DNA of 64,000 nt from Parcubacteria bacterium C7867-006 (GCA_001189155.1 LFCP01000001.1:23160-87159); one strand, 5' to 3'. Counted from the stretch's first letter, positions 18,029-28,171 are shown. Made by a program: numbers and translations. The notes: generated by a model not told the origin, from the sequence alone.

Positions 18029-19561
18029 TTATCGTGCAAATTCTATGTTTCTAGACTCTCTGATTAGTGTAACTTTTATTTCACCAGGATATTTTAGTTC
18101 TGATTCAATACGAAGTGCAATATCACGCGCCATTTTCTTTGCTTCTAGGTCTGTAACTTCAGTTGGTGTAACAAAAATTCTTATTTCACGACCAGCTTGT
18201 AATGCATAAGATTTTTCTACACCTTTAAATGAAGAGGCAACAGCTTCTAGGTCTTTCAATCTCTTCAAATAATTTTCAATACTATCTCTTCTTGCACCAG
18301 GTCGTCCTCCAGATATTGCATCAGCAGATTGAACGATCATTGATTCCAATGTTTCGTAAGGATACTCGTTGTGATGCGCTTCCATTGCTTTGATAATATT
18401 TTCATCAGTTCCAAATTTTTGTAGAATTCTTCTTCCGATTTCAACGTGAGTACCAACAACTTCATGATCAAGAGCTTTTCCGATATCGTGAACTAGTGCT
18501 CCCGCTTTTGCAACCTGAACATTTGCACCGATTTCTTCTGCAATCATTCCTGCGATGTGCGCCATCTCAACAGAGTGTGCTAGAACATTTTGTCCGTAAC
18601 TTGTTCTGAAGTGCAGTCTTCCTAGTATAGAAACAACTCTCGGATCCAAACCAAGCACTCCGGTTTCGTAAACAGCTTCTTCACCTTTTTCTTTTATTGT
18701 TTTTGCAATTTCTGCCTCAGCTTTTTGAACCATCTCTTCAATTTTTGCTGGTTGTATTCTTCCGTCAGCAACCAGTTTCTCGAGAGCGTTTTTAGCTATT
18801 TGTCTTCTGACTGGATCAAAAGAAGAGATTGTGATTGAACCGGGAGTATCATCCACGATAACTTCAACTCCTGTTGCTCTCTCAAAAGCCTTTATATTTC
18901 GACCTTCTTTTCCGATTATTTTTCCTTTTAGCTCATCGTTAGGAATAGCAACTTGGGTAGTTAGCATATCCGAAGAAACAGAGTTGGCCAAACGCTGTAT
19001 TGATGTGGCCAGAATTTCTTTTGCTTTTTCTTCAAGTTTTTCTTGGCCAGATTGTTCTAGTTTTCTCATCTTAACCAAAATGTCTTCTTCTGATTCTCTC
19101 TCAACTTTTTTTATAATTTCTTCCCTAGCTTCTTCTTGTGAAAGTTTTGCAATTTTTTCTAACTCTTCTTTTTTCTGAGACTCAAGTAGTTCCGCATTTT
19201 GTCTGATATTTTTTATTTCTTCAATTCTTTTTTTTACTTCTTCTACTTCTTTATCTATTTCTGTTTGTCTATGATCAAGAAGCTCATCTTTTTTGATAAG
19301 TCTTTCCTCATTTTTTTTGTTATCTTCTTCTTTCTGCTTTATTTCTACTCGGGCTACTTTCAGTATTTCTTCAGCTTTGTTTTCCGCCTCTTCAATTATT
19401 TTCTGTTCTCGGTCTTTGGCTTCCAACATCATTTGTTTGATGTCGAGTTCCATTGATCCTCGTCTTCCTCTTGAAACCAAAATTCTCAAACCGTAACCAA
19501 GCGCCAATGAAACCAGTGACGCTGTGCTCAACATGAGCGCAATTATTTTTAATGAAAACAT
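18029..19561 (-). CDS. rny: Ribonuclease Y
   Basis: N-terminal TM, coiled coil, KH (GKIIGKEGRNI), HD (LVHDIGK), RPGARR. Confidence 0.96.
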   Translation of the reverse strand: MFSLKIIALMLSTASLVSLALGYGLRILVSRGRRGSMELDIKQMMLEAKDREQKIIEEAENKAEEILKVARVEIKQKEEDNKKNEERLIKKDELLDHRQTEIDKEVEEVKKRIEEIKNIRQNAELLESQKKEELEKIAKLSQEEAREEIIKKVERESEEDILVKMRKLEQSGQEKLEEKAKEILATSIQRLANSVSSDMLTTQVAIPNDELKGKIIGKEGRNIKAFERATGVEVIVDDTPGSITISSFDPVRRQIAKNALEKLVADGRIQPAKIEEMVQKAEAEIAKTIKEKGEEAVYETGVLGLDPRVVSILGRLHFRTSYGQNVLAHSVEMAHIAGMIAEEIGANVQVAKAGALVHDIGKALDHEVVGTHVEIGRRILQKFGTDENIIKAMEAHHNEYPYETLESMIVQSADAISGGRPGARRDSIENYLKRLKDLEAVASSFKGVEKSYALQAGREIRIFVTPTEVTDLEAKKMARDIALRIESELKYPGEIKVTLIRESRNIEFAR

Positions 19562-19773
19562 ATTTTATGCTGGCAGTTTCTCGTCTCTCGTTTTAGGAAT
19601 TTCTAGTGTTATTTAAGTAAATTCTATAAGTCTTTAAGATTTTGTATGTGTTGGGGTTTCAGTCAGTCGGGATATAAACAGGAAAGTCATCAGGAAAAAC
19701 AAAAAACAACCGTTTATTATTTAATCAATAATAAACTCACTATATAAGAAACGTCGTCATAAGTCAAAAATGG

Positions 19774-19903
19774 ATAAAACTCGTAAATCTGGCAAATTTC
19801 TGTGTTGCTAGGATTATTTGCTCCACGCGCAGTACTATAATGTACAGCTTGGTCACAAATAATCCGTCGCGCCTTGAACTTTACTCAGATTTACGAGTTT
19901 TAT
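19774..19903 (+). repeat. Palindromic intergenic element (family I)
   Basis: 18-bp perfect terminal IR ATAAAACTCGTAAATCTG; core homologous to 41710-41836. Confidence 0.8.
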
Positions 19904-19926
19904 GAAATACCAGAATAGATTTGAGA

Positions 19927-20499
19927 CTATAAAACTTTATCCACGATTCCGTATTTTTTAGCCTCCTCAGCTGACATAAAGAAATCTCTATCCATATCTT
20001 TTTCTACTTGAGCTAGGGGTTTACCTGTATTTTTAGAGAATATTTTGTTCAGACTGTCCTTGTTTTTAAGCATTTGTCTAGCTGTAATTTCAATATCTGA
20101 GACTTTTCCTTCAATTCCTCCTCCCCAAGGTTGGTGGATCATAACCTCTGCGTTAGGCAAAGAGAATCTTTTACCCTTTGTCCCTGCAGCTAGTATGTGA
20201 GCGCCCATAGAAGCAGCTATCCCTACAGCAACTGTAGAAATATCGTTCTTTATATGGTTCATTGTGTCTATAATAGCCAAACCTGCTGTAACGCTACCTC
20301 CAGGAGAGTTTATATAGAAAGAAATATCCTTTTTTGGGTCTTCTGACTGCAAAAATAGCATTTGAGCTATGATGAGGTTAGCTACGTGGTCATCAATTGG
20401 ACCATCTAGAAAGATGATATTGTCTCGTAAAAGTCTAGAGAATATATCGTATGCTCTCTCTCCAAACTGTGATTTTTCTATTACTGTTGGTATTAACAT
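19927..20499 (-). CDS. clpP: ATP-dependent Clp protease proteolytic subunit
   Basis: [35 protein letters not shown]. Confidence 0.96.
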   Translation of the reverse strand: MLIPTVIEKSQFGERAYDIFSRLLRDNIIFLDGPIDDHVANLIIAQMLFLQSEDPKKDISFYINSPGGSVTAGLAIIDTMNHIKNDISTVAVGIAASMGAHILAAGTKGKRFSLPNAEVMIHQPWGGGIEGKVSDIEITARQMLKNKDSLNKIFSKNTGKPLAQVEKDMDRDFFMSAEEAKKYGIVDKVL

Positions 20500-20604
20500 G
20501 AAAATGAGTATAGCAGAAAGTAAAGAATAGGTAAAATTGGTTTAAAAAAGAGCCCGGCAGAATTATCTACCGGGCCCTCAACTCTTCCAGTGGCCGTTCG
20601 ACCT

Positions 20605-20790
20605 CTACTGGAAACGCGATCTTCCTTCCGATGTGGTCCTCAGCCCGACGGTTTCGTCCTGGGTCGGGTTGTTTTTGGGAAGGTTGTTGTACTCGGGACA
20701 CGCCTTGCCGTGCCCTGCATTTCCATGGAAAGTCTGGTTGCACCACGGGCACTCGCGTTCCCGAGGCGGGTCCACAAAAGATCTTGGCAT
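20605..20790 (-). CDS. Small putative zinc-finger protein in GC-rich solo cassette B
   Basis: GGAGGAGGAG SD before ATG, CPWC...HGKAC motif, hairpin terminator 20549-20577. Confidence 0.55.
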   Translation of the reverse strand: MPRSFVDPPRERECPWCNQTFHGNAGHGKACPEYNNLPKNNPTQDETVGLRTTSEGRSRFQ

Positions 20791-20822
20791 ACTCCTCCTC
20801 CGAAATATGTTATCATTTTGTC

Positions 20823-21527
20823 ATGAGAATTCATAGATTCTACATAAGTACACCAATAACTGATAAAAAGTTTGATATTTCAGATAGGGAGTTAGTTCAT
20901 CAGTGGAGGTCAGTATTTCGTTATAATGTTGGTAGTCAGGTTATTCTTTTTGATGGAAGCGGGGTAGACTATGTTTGCATGATAACCTCAATCAGAAACC
21001 TCGGCGCATCCGTAGAAGTATTTAGTGAGAAAAATACAGAGCTTGCACCACGTAGGAATATCTACCTGTGTATGGCGCTTGTTAAAAAGGATAACTTTGA
21101 ACTTATTGCGCAAAAAGCTACAGAACTTGGTGTTAACCATATTATTCCAATACTATGTGAGCATAGTGAAAAGAGAAAATTAAATATGGAGAGATTAAAA
21201 AAAATTACGATTGAAGCCTCTGAACAGTCTGGTAGGGGAGATGTTCCAACTATTTACGAAATAATGAAGATCGAAGAGATCTTCCAGAAGGGTATTCTCC
21301 CTCAAGAAAAAATAGCTCTTCATCCAGAAGGTGAAGGTATTCATAAATATTTGTCAGGGTTAAATAGTGTAAACTCCTTTGCTGTTTTTATTGGTCCAGA
21401 AGGAGGATTTAGTCCAAAGGAAATAGAACTTTTTAAGTCATATAACATATCAGTCATATCTCTAGGTTCTCAGATTCTGCGTGCAGAAACAGCAGCTATT
21501 GCTACTGCAAGTATTTTATTGATTTAG
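20823..21527 (+). CDS. rsmE: 16S rRNA m3U1498 methyltransferase RsmE
   Basis: QKATELGV, EASEQSGR, IGPEGGFS, SLGSQILRAETA; start MRIHRF. Confidence 0.93.
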   Translation: MRIHRFYISTPITDKKFDISDRELVHQWRSVFRYNVGSQVILFDGSGVDYVCMITSIRNLGASVEVFSEKNTELAPRRNIYLCMALVKKDNFELIAQKATELGVNHIIPILCEHSEKRKLNMERLKKITIEASEQSGRGDVPTIYEIMKIEEIFQKGILPQEKIALHPEGEGIHKYLSGLNSVNSFAVFIGPEGGFSPKEIELFKSYNISVISLGSQILRAETAAIATASILLI

Positions 21528-21568
21528 ATTAAACAAAAAAACGGTATTCACCGTTTTTTGTTTCGCTG

Positions 21569-21961
21569 TTATTTATTGTACCAATTTTTATACCACTCTT
21601 GCATTTGTAATATTTCTTTGTTTTGTGCGGTAATTATGTTTGTAGACAAGTCTTTTATCTCTTGGTGTTTTGCATTTTGTAGTGCTGACTGTGCCATTAG
21701 GACTGCACCTTGATGATGAACTATCATTTCAGAAAGGAAGGCTTTGTCAAAATCATCTCCTGTCTTTCCATTTAGACCCAACATCATATCATCCATCATT
21801 CCAGACATACCTCCCGCACCATTGTTACTCATTAACTGTCCGTCTGGCATTTTATGCATACCTGAAAATTTTGAAGAGTTGTTACTAGCAAGCATATAAC
21901 CAAGAACAAGTCCCAAGATCATAGTTGATACCACCAAAACAATCGTATTGTTTTTTTCCAT
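21569..21961 (-). CDS. DUF305 (CopM-like, Met/His-rich) protein
   Basis: FDKAFLSEMIVHHQGAVLMA...IITAQNKEI..M..W. Confidence 0.85.
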   Translation of the reverse strand: MEKNNTIVLVVSTMILGLVLGYMLASNNSSKFSGMHKMPDGQLMSNNGAGGMSGMMDDMMLGLNGKTGDDFDKAFLSEMIVHHQGAVLMAQSALQNAKHQEIKDLSTNIITAQNKEILQMQEWYKNWYNK

Positions 21962-22014
21962 TATATTTTCAATTAATTTAGTCCTATGTTTGTTATACAA
22001 ACATCAAGAGGCTT

Positions 22015-23085
22015 TTATTCCAAATTCTCTAAAAATTGAAATACTAACTCATTTGTCATAAAAGTCTCTACATACATTCTTACTCGGAATCTATCAGCGT
22101 CTTTGTAGTGAGAAAGAATATGTTCCATTTCTTTTTTAACCTCCTCTTCGTTTGGAGATAGACTCTCATCTTTTGCTATAGTGTTCAGTATTACTTGAGA
22201 TTTAGCTCTTTTTGTCGCTGTATCTTTCCACTCAGATCTTAAATCATCCTCTGTTTTCTTAATGTGTTTCAAGTAATCTTCAAAAGATAATCCTGATCTA
22301 GCAATATCGTCTTTGAACTGTGCTGTCATTTTATCCAGCTCTCCATCAATTATTATTTTAGGTAAATCAATAGTTGATTCTTCCATAATTTTTTCCAACA
22401 CCTCTGTTCTTCTTTTATCTTTTTCTTTAACTTCTTTTTCTTTGGCTAGGTTTTCTTTAATTTTTGACTTGAAGTCATCAACATTTTTGAAGTCTCCCAA
22501 CATTTTTACAAAATCATCATTTACTTCCGGTAGGTCTGCATCAGTTACTTCTCTGTGGTTATGCTCTTTACCTCCTCCAGCTTCAGCGTGAACTTTTTCG
22601 TGAGCAATATTTTCTCTGATTGTTTTTATTACATCATCAACTTCTTTTTCGGAAACTTCAGTTTTCTCAACATCTTTTGAGAAAGTTTTTTTTGAAATTT
22701 TTTTGTAGTCAGCAAGTTTTACCTCTGGCATTAAAGCAGTTTTAACTTTAAACTCCATATCACTACCAACACCAATTTTTGTGATCGTTATTTCCGGTCG
22801 TCCAATAGCGTCTATTTTGTGTTCTTCCAAAATATTAGGATATTCTTCGTTTAGAGCTATTTCAGCAGCTTCTTCTAATAGAGAACCCTCTCCAACTTTT
22901 TGAGCAATAAGATTTTCTGGAGCATTACCTTTTCTAAATCCCGGTATTTCTACGGTCTCCCTAAGTCTTTTTATAGCTTTCTCTCTCATTAAGCTCATTT
23001 TTTCTGCAGTAATAGTTCCTATAATTTCCAACTCTCTTTCTGGAAGAGGGCTAAGTTTAACGTCTTTATAGTGTTTTTTTGTCAT
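22015..23085 (-). CDS. tig: Trigger factor (FKBP domain apparently absent)
   Basis: IPGFRKGNAP signature plus C-terminal domain; only 356 aa. Confidence 0.9.
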   Translation of the reverse strand: MTKKHYKDVKLSPLPERELEIIGTITAEKMSLMREKAIKRLRETVEIPGFRKGNAPENLIAQKVGEGSLLEEAAEIALNEEYPNILEEHKIDAIGRPEITITKIGVGSDMEFKVKTALMPEVKLADYKKISKKTFSKDVEKTEVSEKEVDDVIKTIRENIAHEKVHAEAGGGKEHNHREVTDADLPEVNDDFVKMLGDFKNVDDFKSKIKENLAKEKEVKEKDKRRTEVLEKIMEESTIDLPKIIIDGELDKMTAQFKDDIARSGLSFEDYLKHIKKTEDDLRSEWKDTATKRAKSQVILNTIAKDESLSPNEEEVKKEMEHILSHYKDADRFRVRMYVETFMTNELVFQFLENLE

Positions 23086-23170
23086 GGATTTCAGTCTATA
23101 TTGCTGATTTACTTTTGTAAAGCAAAAATCACCTTTAGGGTGATTTTTGTTAATTTACCTATTTTTTATT

Positions 23171-23449
23171 TTAGTTGCTTACTTCTGTTCCTAGGCCGTC
23201 TAGTTTTGTGTTATTTAGGTCTGCTTCGATAGAGTTCAGGTCGTCAGAATTTGAAACACTTTTTATTGTTGCAGCCTCACTCATTTCTACTGGCTGTTGA
23301 GTGTTTGCACTATCTGTTACAAGGTTTTGTCTCAATTTTGATTCTTCTACTCTTTTACCCCAGAAATAGAGTCCTCCAAGAATAATAATCGCGATGATGA
23401 CTATTGTTCCTATGATAGAGCCAACTGATGATTTGTTTTCTTGTTCCAT
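23171..23449 (-). CDS. Small single-pass membrane protein
   Basis: GSIIGTIVIIAIIILGGLYFW TM segment. Confidence 0.75.
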   Translation of the reverse strand: MEQENKSSVGSIIGTIVIIAIIILGGLYFWGKRVEESKLRQNLVTDSANTQQPVEMSEAATIKSVSNSDDLNSIEADLNNTKLDGLGTEVSN

Positions 23450-23469
23450 ATGTTTTATTTATCCTATTG

Positions 23470-24069
23470 TTAATTTGTCTCTTTAGTAGAAGATGCGTTT
23501 TTTAGCTGTGATACTCCTCTCAAAACTCCCACTGATTTCAATAAATCTTTGTGTGCCTCTCTAAGGTGTTTTTCTATTTCCTGAGCAGAATTTCTCATGC
23601 TTTTTATTGTTGTTGTTGAGAGTCTATCTGTAGTTGATGATGCTATTTCTTTGTCTTCATTCGCTATTACTTCTAGAGCGTCTAAATTTTTCTGTGCCTC
23701 ATCTATGTGAGTTTTTGCACTAGCTACCAATTTTTCTGCTTCTGTTGTTGATCCTCCGTTGGCTTTAATTTTGTCAATTCTTGAGTTTATTTTTGCCATT
23801 ATTATTTTCTCTCTGTCTATTGTAGCTTGGAATCTGTCAAACATTTTTCCATATCTTTTTTCAACTTTGTTTTTTATAAGATCCTTCAATGCATTTATTT
23901 GTGCCTGAGTTGAGCTCGCTATGTTTTTTATTTCTGCACGAGTATCCTGTCTAACAGTTTTCATCTGATTTCTTATTGTCGAACTAGAATTTGTTTCAGC
24001 ATTTGCAACTACAGCTCCTCCTAGTGCTAGAGCAGTAATCAATGAATTTAATATAATTTTTTTCATCAT
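23470..24069 (-). CDS. Secreted coiled-coil hypothetical protein
   Basis: Signal peptide (ANA-E), helical body. Confidence 0.75.
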   Translation of the reverse strand: MMKKIILNSLITALALGGAVVANAETNSSSTIRNQMKTVRQDTRAEIKNIASSTQAQINALKDLIKNKVEKRYGKMFDRFQATIDREKIIMAKINSRIDKIKANGGSTTEAEKLVASAKTHIDEAQKNLDALEVIANEDKEIASSTTDRLSTTTIKSMRNSAQEIEKHLREAHKDLLKSVGVLRGVSQLKNASSTKETN

Positions 24070-24210
24070 CTTTGGATAATTTTATTAATGGATAATATTA
24101 TATACCAAATAGGGTATATTTGTCCTTGCGACGTTTAAAACATTATGAACTTACAAAAAACTGTATCATGTTTGTGATACAGTTTTTTGTTTTGTTTTAT
24201 TACAATAGCT

Positions 24211-24732
24211 TTATTTCTGGCTGTTTTTGTAGCTTTCTATTGCGTGATCAAAAGCTTCTTTTGCTTTATCTGCTCCCTCAGTACTTTTTATTTCTACAGT
24301 TTTCTTTGAAAGACCTTTGTATGTTTTATAGAAATGCTCGATTTCTTTCATTGTATGTTTGTTAACATCAGCTAGGTCTCTTACATCGTCCCATCTTGGA
24401 TCATGAACTGGTACTGCAATAATTTTTACATCACTTTCTCCACCGTCAATCATATCTACCATTGCAACAGGTCTAACCTTCACTAGGATCCCTGGTAGTA
24501 GTGGGTATGTTGTTAGAACAAGCACATCTAGTGGGTCTCCATCTTCCCAAAGAGTCTGTGGAACAAATCCGTAGTCGTATGGATAGTCTTGTGCAGTGTG
24601 CATTGCTCGGTCTAGGCTGATAAGACCAGTTTTTTTATCTATCTCGTACTTGTTTTTAGAACCTTTATTTATTTCTATGATGACATTTATTTCATCTCGT
24701 GTTCCTGGATCAACTTCTTTTATTAGATTCAT
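24211..24732 (-). CDS. ppa: Inorganic pyrophosphatase (family I)
   Basis: KYEIDK, YGFVPQT, DGDPLDVL. Confidence 0.95.
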   Translation of the reverse strand: MNLIKEVDPGTRDEINVIIEINKGSKNKYEIDKKTGLISLDRAMHTAQDYPYDYGFVPQTLWEDGDPLDVLVLTTYPLLPGILVKVRPVAMVDMIDGGESDVKIIAVPVHDPRWDDVRDLADVNKHTMKEIEHFYKTYKGLSKKTVEIKSTEGADKAKEAFDHAIESYKNSQK

Positions 24733-24772
24733 GTTTTTATTAAATTTAATCCTGATATTGTATCACAATTTA

Positions 24773-25930
24773 TTATTCTGATACTCCTGTTTCAGATTCT
24801 ACTGGAGCTTCTGAAGTTTCAGTTTTTCCTCCAACAGACTGAATATCTATTTTCCAACCAGTAAGTTTTGCTGCTAGTCTAACGTTCTGTCCACCTTTTC
24901 CGATTGCTAATGACTGTTGGTCTTCAGAAACAGTAACAGTTGCTTGTTTTTCTGCTTCATTGATTTTTACGTCAATAGTTTTTGCAGGGGATAGAGCATC
25001 CTCAATGAATTTCTTTGGATCATCATTCCACTCTATAATATCTATTTTTTCTCCACCCAACTCTGACATAACAGTAGAGACACGAACTCCTCTTTGTCCA
25101 ACCATAGAACCGACAGGATCTATATGAGAATCTTTTGATGAAACAGCTATTTTTGTTCTAGAGCCAGCTTCTCGTGCTATAGATTTAACTATTACAGTTC
25201 CATTAGCTATTTCTGGAGCCTCTGTTTCAAAAAGTTTTTCTAGGAATTTTGGATGACTTCTAGAAAGTCTTAGAAACACACCTTTTCCTGACTCTTCTAC
25301 TCTGTATAGATAGGCTCGGATTCTCTCTCCCTGACCAAATCTTTCTCCAGGGATTTGTTCCTCATATGGAAGTAGTCCAGTAGCTCGGCCCATATCTATA
25401 AATATATTACCTCGCTCTATTCTCTGAACTGTTCCAGAGACAATTTCTCCTTCTCTTTTTCCATATTCAGACATAACAGAAACTTTCTCTGCTTCTCTGA
25501 TTTTTTGCATAATAACCTGCTTTGCTGTTTGAGCGGCAATTCTACTATAATCTTCCTGGCCTTCTAGAGGGAAAACCATCTCATCCCCAAGCTGAACGTC
25601 TTTTTTAATACGACGAGCATCACCAATCATTATGTGTTTCTCTGGGTTGTATAGTTCTATTTCAGCTTCACCTTCTTTGGGTTCTAGGGGTATTTCGTCC
25701 TCGTTCATTGCTACTGTTGACTCATCAACTACGATTTTTACCTGAAACATTTCAGTTTTTCCTGAATTCATATCAAATTTAGCTCGAACGATTTGTCCTT
25801 TCTTTCCATATTCCTTTTTGTAAGCAGTAGCTAAGGCAAGTTCAATAGCCTCAATGATTTTTGCTTGAGGGATTCCTCGCTCTTCTTCTAGTTGAGCTAG
25901 TACTGAATGTATAACTTTTAAGTCCATCAT
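24773..25930 (-). CDS. nusA: Transcription termination factor NusA
   Basis: RIAAQTAKQV, AREAGSRTKIAV, AIGKGGQNVRLAAKLTGWKIDI; start at MMDLK. Confidence 0.96.
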   Translation of the reverse strand: MMDLKVIHSVLAQLEEERGIPQAKIIEAIELALATAYKKEYGKKGQIVRAKFDMNSGKTEMFQVKIVVDESTVAMNEDEIPLEPKEGEAEIELYNPEKHIMIGDARRIKKDVQLGDEMVFPLEGQEDYSRIAAQTAKQVIMQKIREAEKVSVMSEYGKREGEIVSGTVQRIERGNIFIDMGRATGLLPYEEQIPGERFGQGERIRAYLYRVEESGKGVFLRLSRSHPKFLEKLFETEAPEIANGTVIVKSIAREAGSRTKIAVSSKDSHIDPVGSMVGQRGVRVSTVMSELGGEKIDIIEWNDDPKKFIEDALSPAKTIDVKINEAEKQATVTVSEDQQSLAIGKGGQNVRLAAKLTGWKIDIQSVGGKTETSEAPVESETGVSE

Positions 25931-26024
25931 AATGATTTTTGTTAATTTTTTTAAAAAAATGGCCCGCCGTGAGGCGAACTTCAATAAAACAATAATATCA
26001 GCAACTAAATTATTTGTCAAATTA

Positions 26025-26302
26025 ATAAAGAGAGGGGGCCTGTCCGAAGACAAGGCCCCCTCTGGTTTTGGTGCGGGACGTTATTAGTCCGCACCTAGGG
26101 TATAGGAATACCCTATAGCATCCAAGTCTAGATCTAAAAGACAATGATTACGACTACGGCGTGCTCTCAAGTCCCAGATGTACGTCTGTGGACGAGGCAC
26201 AGGTGACGGACTAATCATTGGTTTTGATCTAAATGAGTGTTGCGGGCACCCACTGGTGATATGGACTTGTCACCATTACGACACGGCGTCCGTCACCCCT
26301 CA
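26025..26302 (-). ncRNA. Candidate highly structured ncRNA
   Basis: TTGACT-16-TATCGT promoter, multiple helices, internal repeat, strong terminator 26031-26063. Confidence 0.55.
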
Positions 26303-26415
26303 AATGTAAACGATATGCAGATTATTGCTTTAGTCAATTATTTTTATTTCTTATTAACATATGCGATTAGAAATTGAATACTACGGCATGCTATAATTTA
26401 AAAACAAATTTCTCT

Positions 26416-28167
26416 ATGCACATTGAAGAATCACAATTAAAGAATTTTATTCTTGATTCAGGCCTTGTCTCACGCGCTGATTTAGAGTCTGCAGAAAAAG
26501 AAGCAAAAGAAACTGCCGGCAATCTTGGGAAAATTCTTGTAAATAAAGGAAAACTAACGGAGGATGATCTGCGAAGAATGCAAGCTTATATTCTCGGGAT
26601 ACCATTCGTAGATTTGAAAGGCGAGAAACTGCCTTTTGATGTACTTTCTCTTATTCCAGAACCAATTGCTAGAAACCACAACATTGTAGCTTTCAAAAAA
26701 ACTAGTGACACACTAGAGGTTGCTATGCTTGATACAGAGGATCTAACAGCTATTGATTTCGTAAAGAAAAAAGTAGGCTTGAAAATTCTTCCTCGTCTTA
26801 CAGATGCTGATTCAATGAAAAGTGCTATTTTGCAATATCAAAAAAGTTTGAAAGCAGAGTTTGGTGATTTGATTGCAGAAGATGTTGGTCAAATAAAAAG
26901 TATCCCAGATGATAAACTAGATGATTTGAATGAATCCGATCTAAAAAAGTTGGCTGATGATGTGCCGATGATTCGTATAGTAGACACTCTTTTAAAGCAT
27001 GCTATTTTACAAAATGCATCAGATATTCATATCGAGCCACAAGAAACTCAGCTTTTAGTTAGATATAGGATAGATGGACTTTTGCACGATGCTATGATTT
27101 TGCCAAAAAATATGGCTCCTAGTATAGCCGCCCGTATAAAAGTTCTTTCCGGTTTGAAACTAGATGAAAAAAGATTACCTCAGGATGGAAGATTTAAAAT
27201 TGACTCTGATGGAGAAAAAGTTTCTTTCCGTGTTTCTACGTTACCAACATACTATGGAGAGAAAATTGTAATGCGTCTTTTGAGAGATGCTGTTTCAGGA
27301 TTTACTTTGGAGGGTTTGGCTTTTCATGGTTCAGGTCTTGAGAGAATTCACACAGCTTTGAAATCTACAACAGGAATGATTCTAGCTACTGGTCCAACTG
27401 GTTCTGGAAAAACAACCACTCTTTATACTATTTTGGATATTTTAAATACTCCAGACGTAAATATTTCTACTATTGAAGATCCTATTGAGTACCAAATGAA
27501 AAGAATCAATCAAACTCAAGTCAGACCAGAGATAGGTTTCTCTTTTGTATCTGGACTTAGAACTTTAGTTCGTCAGGACCCAGATATTATTATGGTTGGT
27601 GAAATTCGAGATAACGAAACAGCTTCTTTGGCTGTTAACGCTTCTCTTACTGGTCACGTTGTGCTTTCTACTCTTCACACAAACTCTGCTGCTGGAGCCG
27701 TACCAAGACTTATAGATATGAAGGTAGAACCTTTTCTTATCGTTTCCACGGTAAATATAATAGTAGGACAGAGACTTGTGAGAAAATTAACAGATCAAAA
27801 AGAAAAATACTTTTTAACAAAGGCAGAAATAAACACTCTCGGTAAGTCAATTAATCTAGATAAAGTTTTGAATGCATTGAAAGAAGAAAAAGTTGTTGGA
27901 AAGTCAGACGACTGGGAAAAAATTCCATTTTGGAGAGTTAAAGAAGGAGTCTCTCCTTCAGAGGGTTTTTCTGGAAGAGCTGGTATTCATGAGATTTTGA
28001 AAGTTTCTCCGGCAATTAAAGAAGCTATTTTGAAATCTGGAAATGCTGATGAGATTCAAAAAATTGCAGAACAGGAGGGTATGCTAACTATGTTTGAGGA
28101 CGGTATTTTCCAAGCAGTACAAGGTAACACAACAATAGAGGAGGTATTAAGAGTAATATCAGAGTAA
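26416..28167 (+). CDS. pilB: Type IV pilus assembly ATPase PilB/GspE
   Basis: ASDIHIEP, GPTGSGKTTTLY, TIEDPIEY, RQDPDIIMVGEIRD, STLHTN. Confidence 0.93.
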   Translation: MHIEESQLKNFILDSGLVSRADLESAEKEAKETAGNLGKILVNKGKLTEDDLRRMQAYILGIPFVDLKGEKLPFDVLSLIPEPIARNHNIVAFKKTSDTLEVAMLDTEDLTAIDFVKKKVGLKILPRLTDADSMKSAILQYQKSLKAEFGDLIAEDVGQIKSIPDDKLDDLNESDLKKLADDVPMIRIVDTLLKHAILQNASDIHIEPQETQLLVRYRIDGLLHDAMILPKNMAPSIAARIKVLSGLKLDEKRLPQDGRFKIDSDGEKVSFRVSTLPTYYGEKIVMRLLRDAVSGFTLEGLAFHGSGLERIHTALKSTTGMILATGPTGSGKTTTLYTILDILNTPDVNISTIEDPIEYQMKRINQTQVRPEIGFSFVSGLRTLVRQDPDIIMVGEIRDNETASLAVNASLTGHVVLSTLHTNSAAGAVPRLIDMKVEPFLIVSTVNIIVGQRLVRKLTDQKEKYFLTKAEINTLGKSINLDKVLNALKEEKVVGKSDDWEKIPFWRVKEGVSPSEGFSGRAGIHEILKVSPAIKEAILKSGNADEIQKIAEQEGMLTMFEDGIFQAVQGNTTIEEVLRVISE

Positions 28168-28171
28168 TAAT

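Noticed and set aside
19655-19695. Hammerhead-like CTGATGA...GAAAC on minus strand
   Set aside because: No convincing stem II pairing between the two core motifs
24773-26053. N-terminal extensions in the ORF track (nusA, rpsO, rsmE, rnhA, rpsS)
   Set aside because: The extensions run through promoters, terminators or other cassettes; downstream ATGs match the family starts
26025-26302. tmRNA or RNase P identity for the structured RNA
   Set aside because: Starts GGGGTGA but lacks a T-arm/acceptor 3' end and the RNase P GAGGAAAGTCC motif
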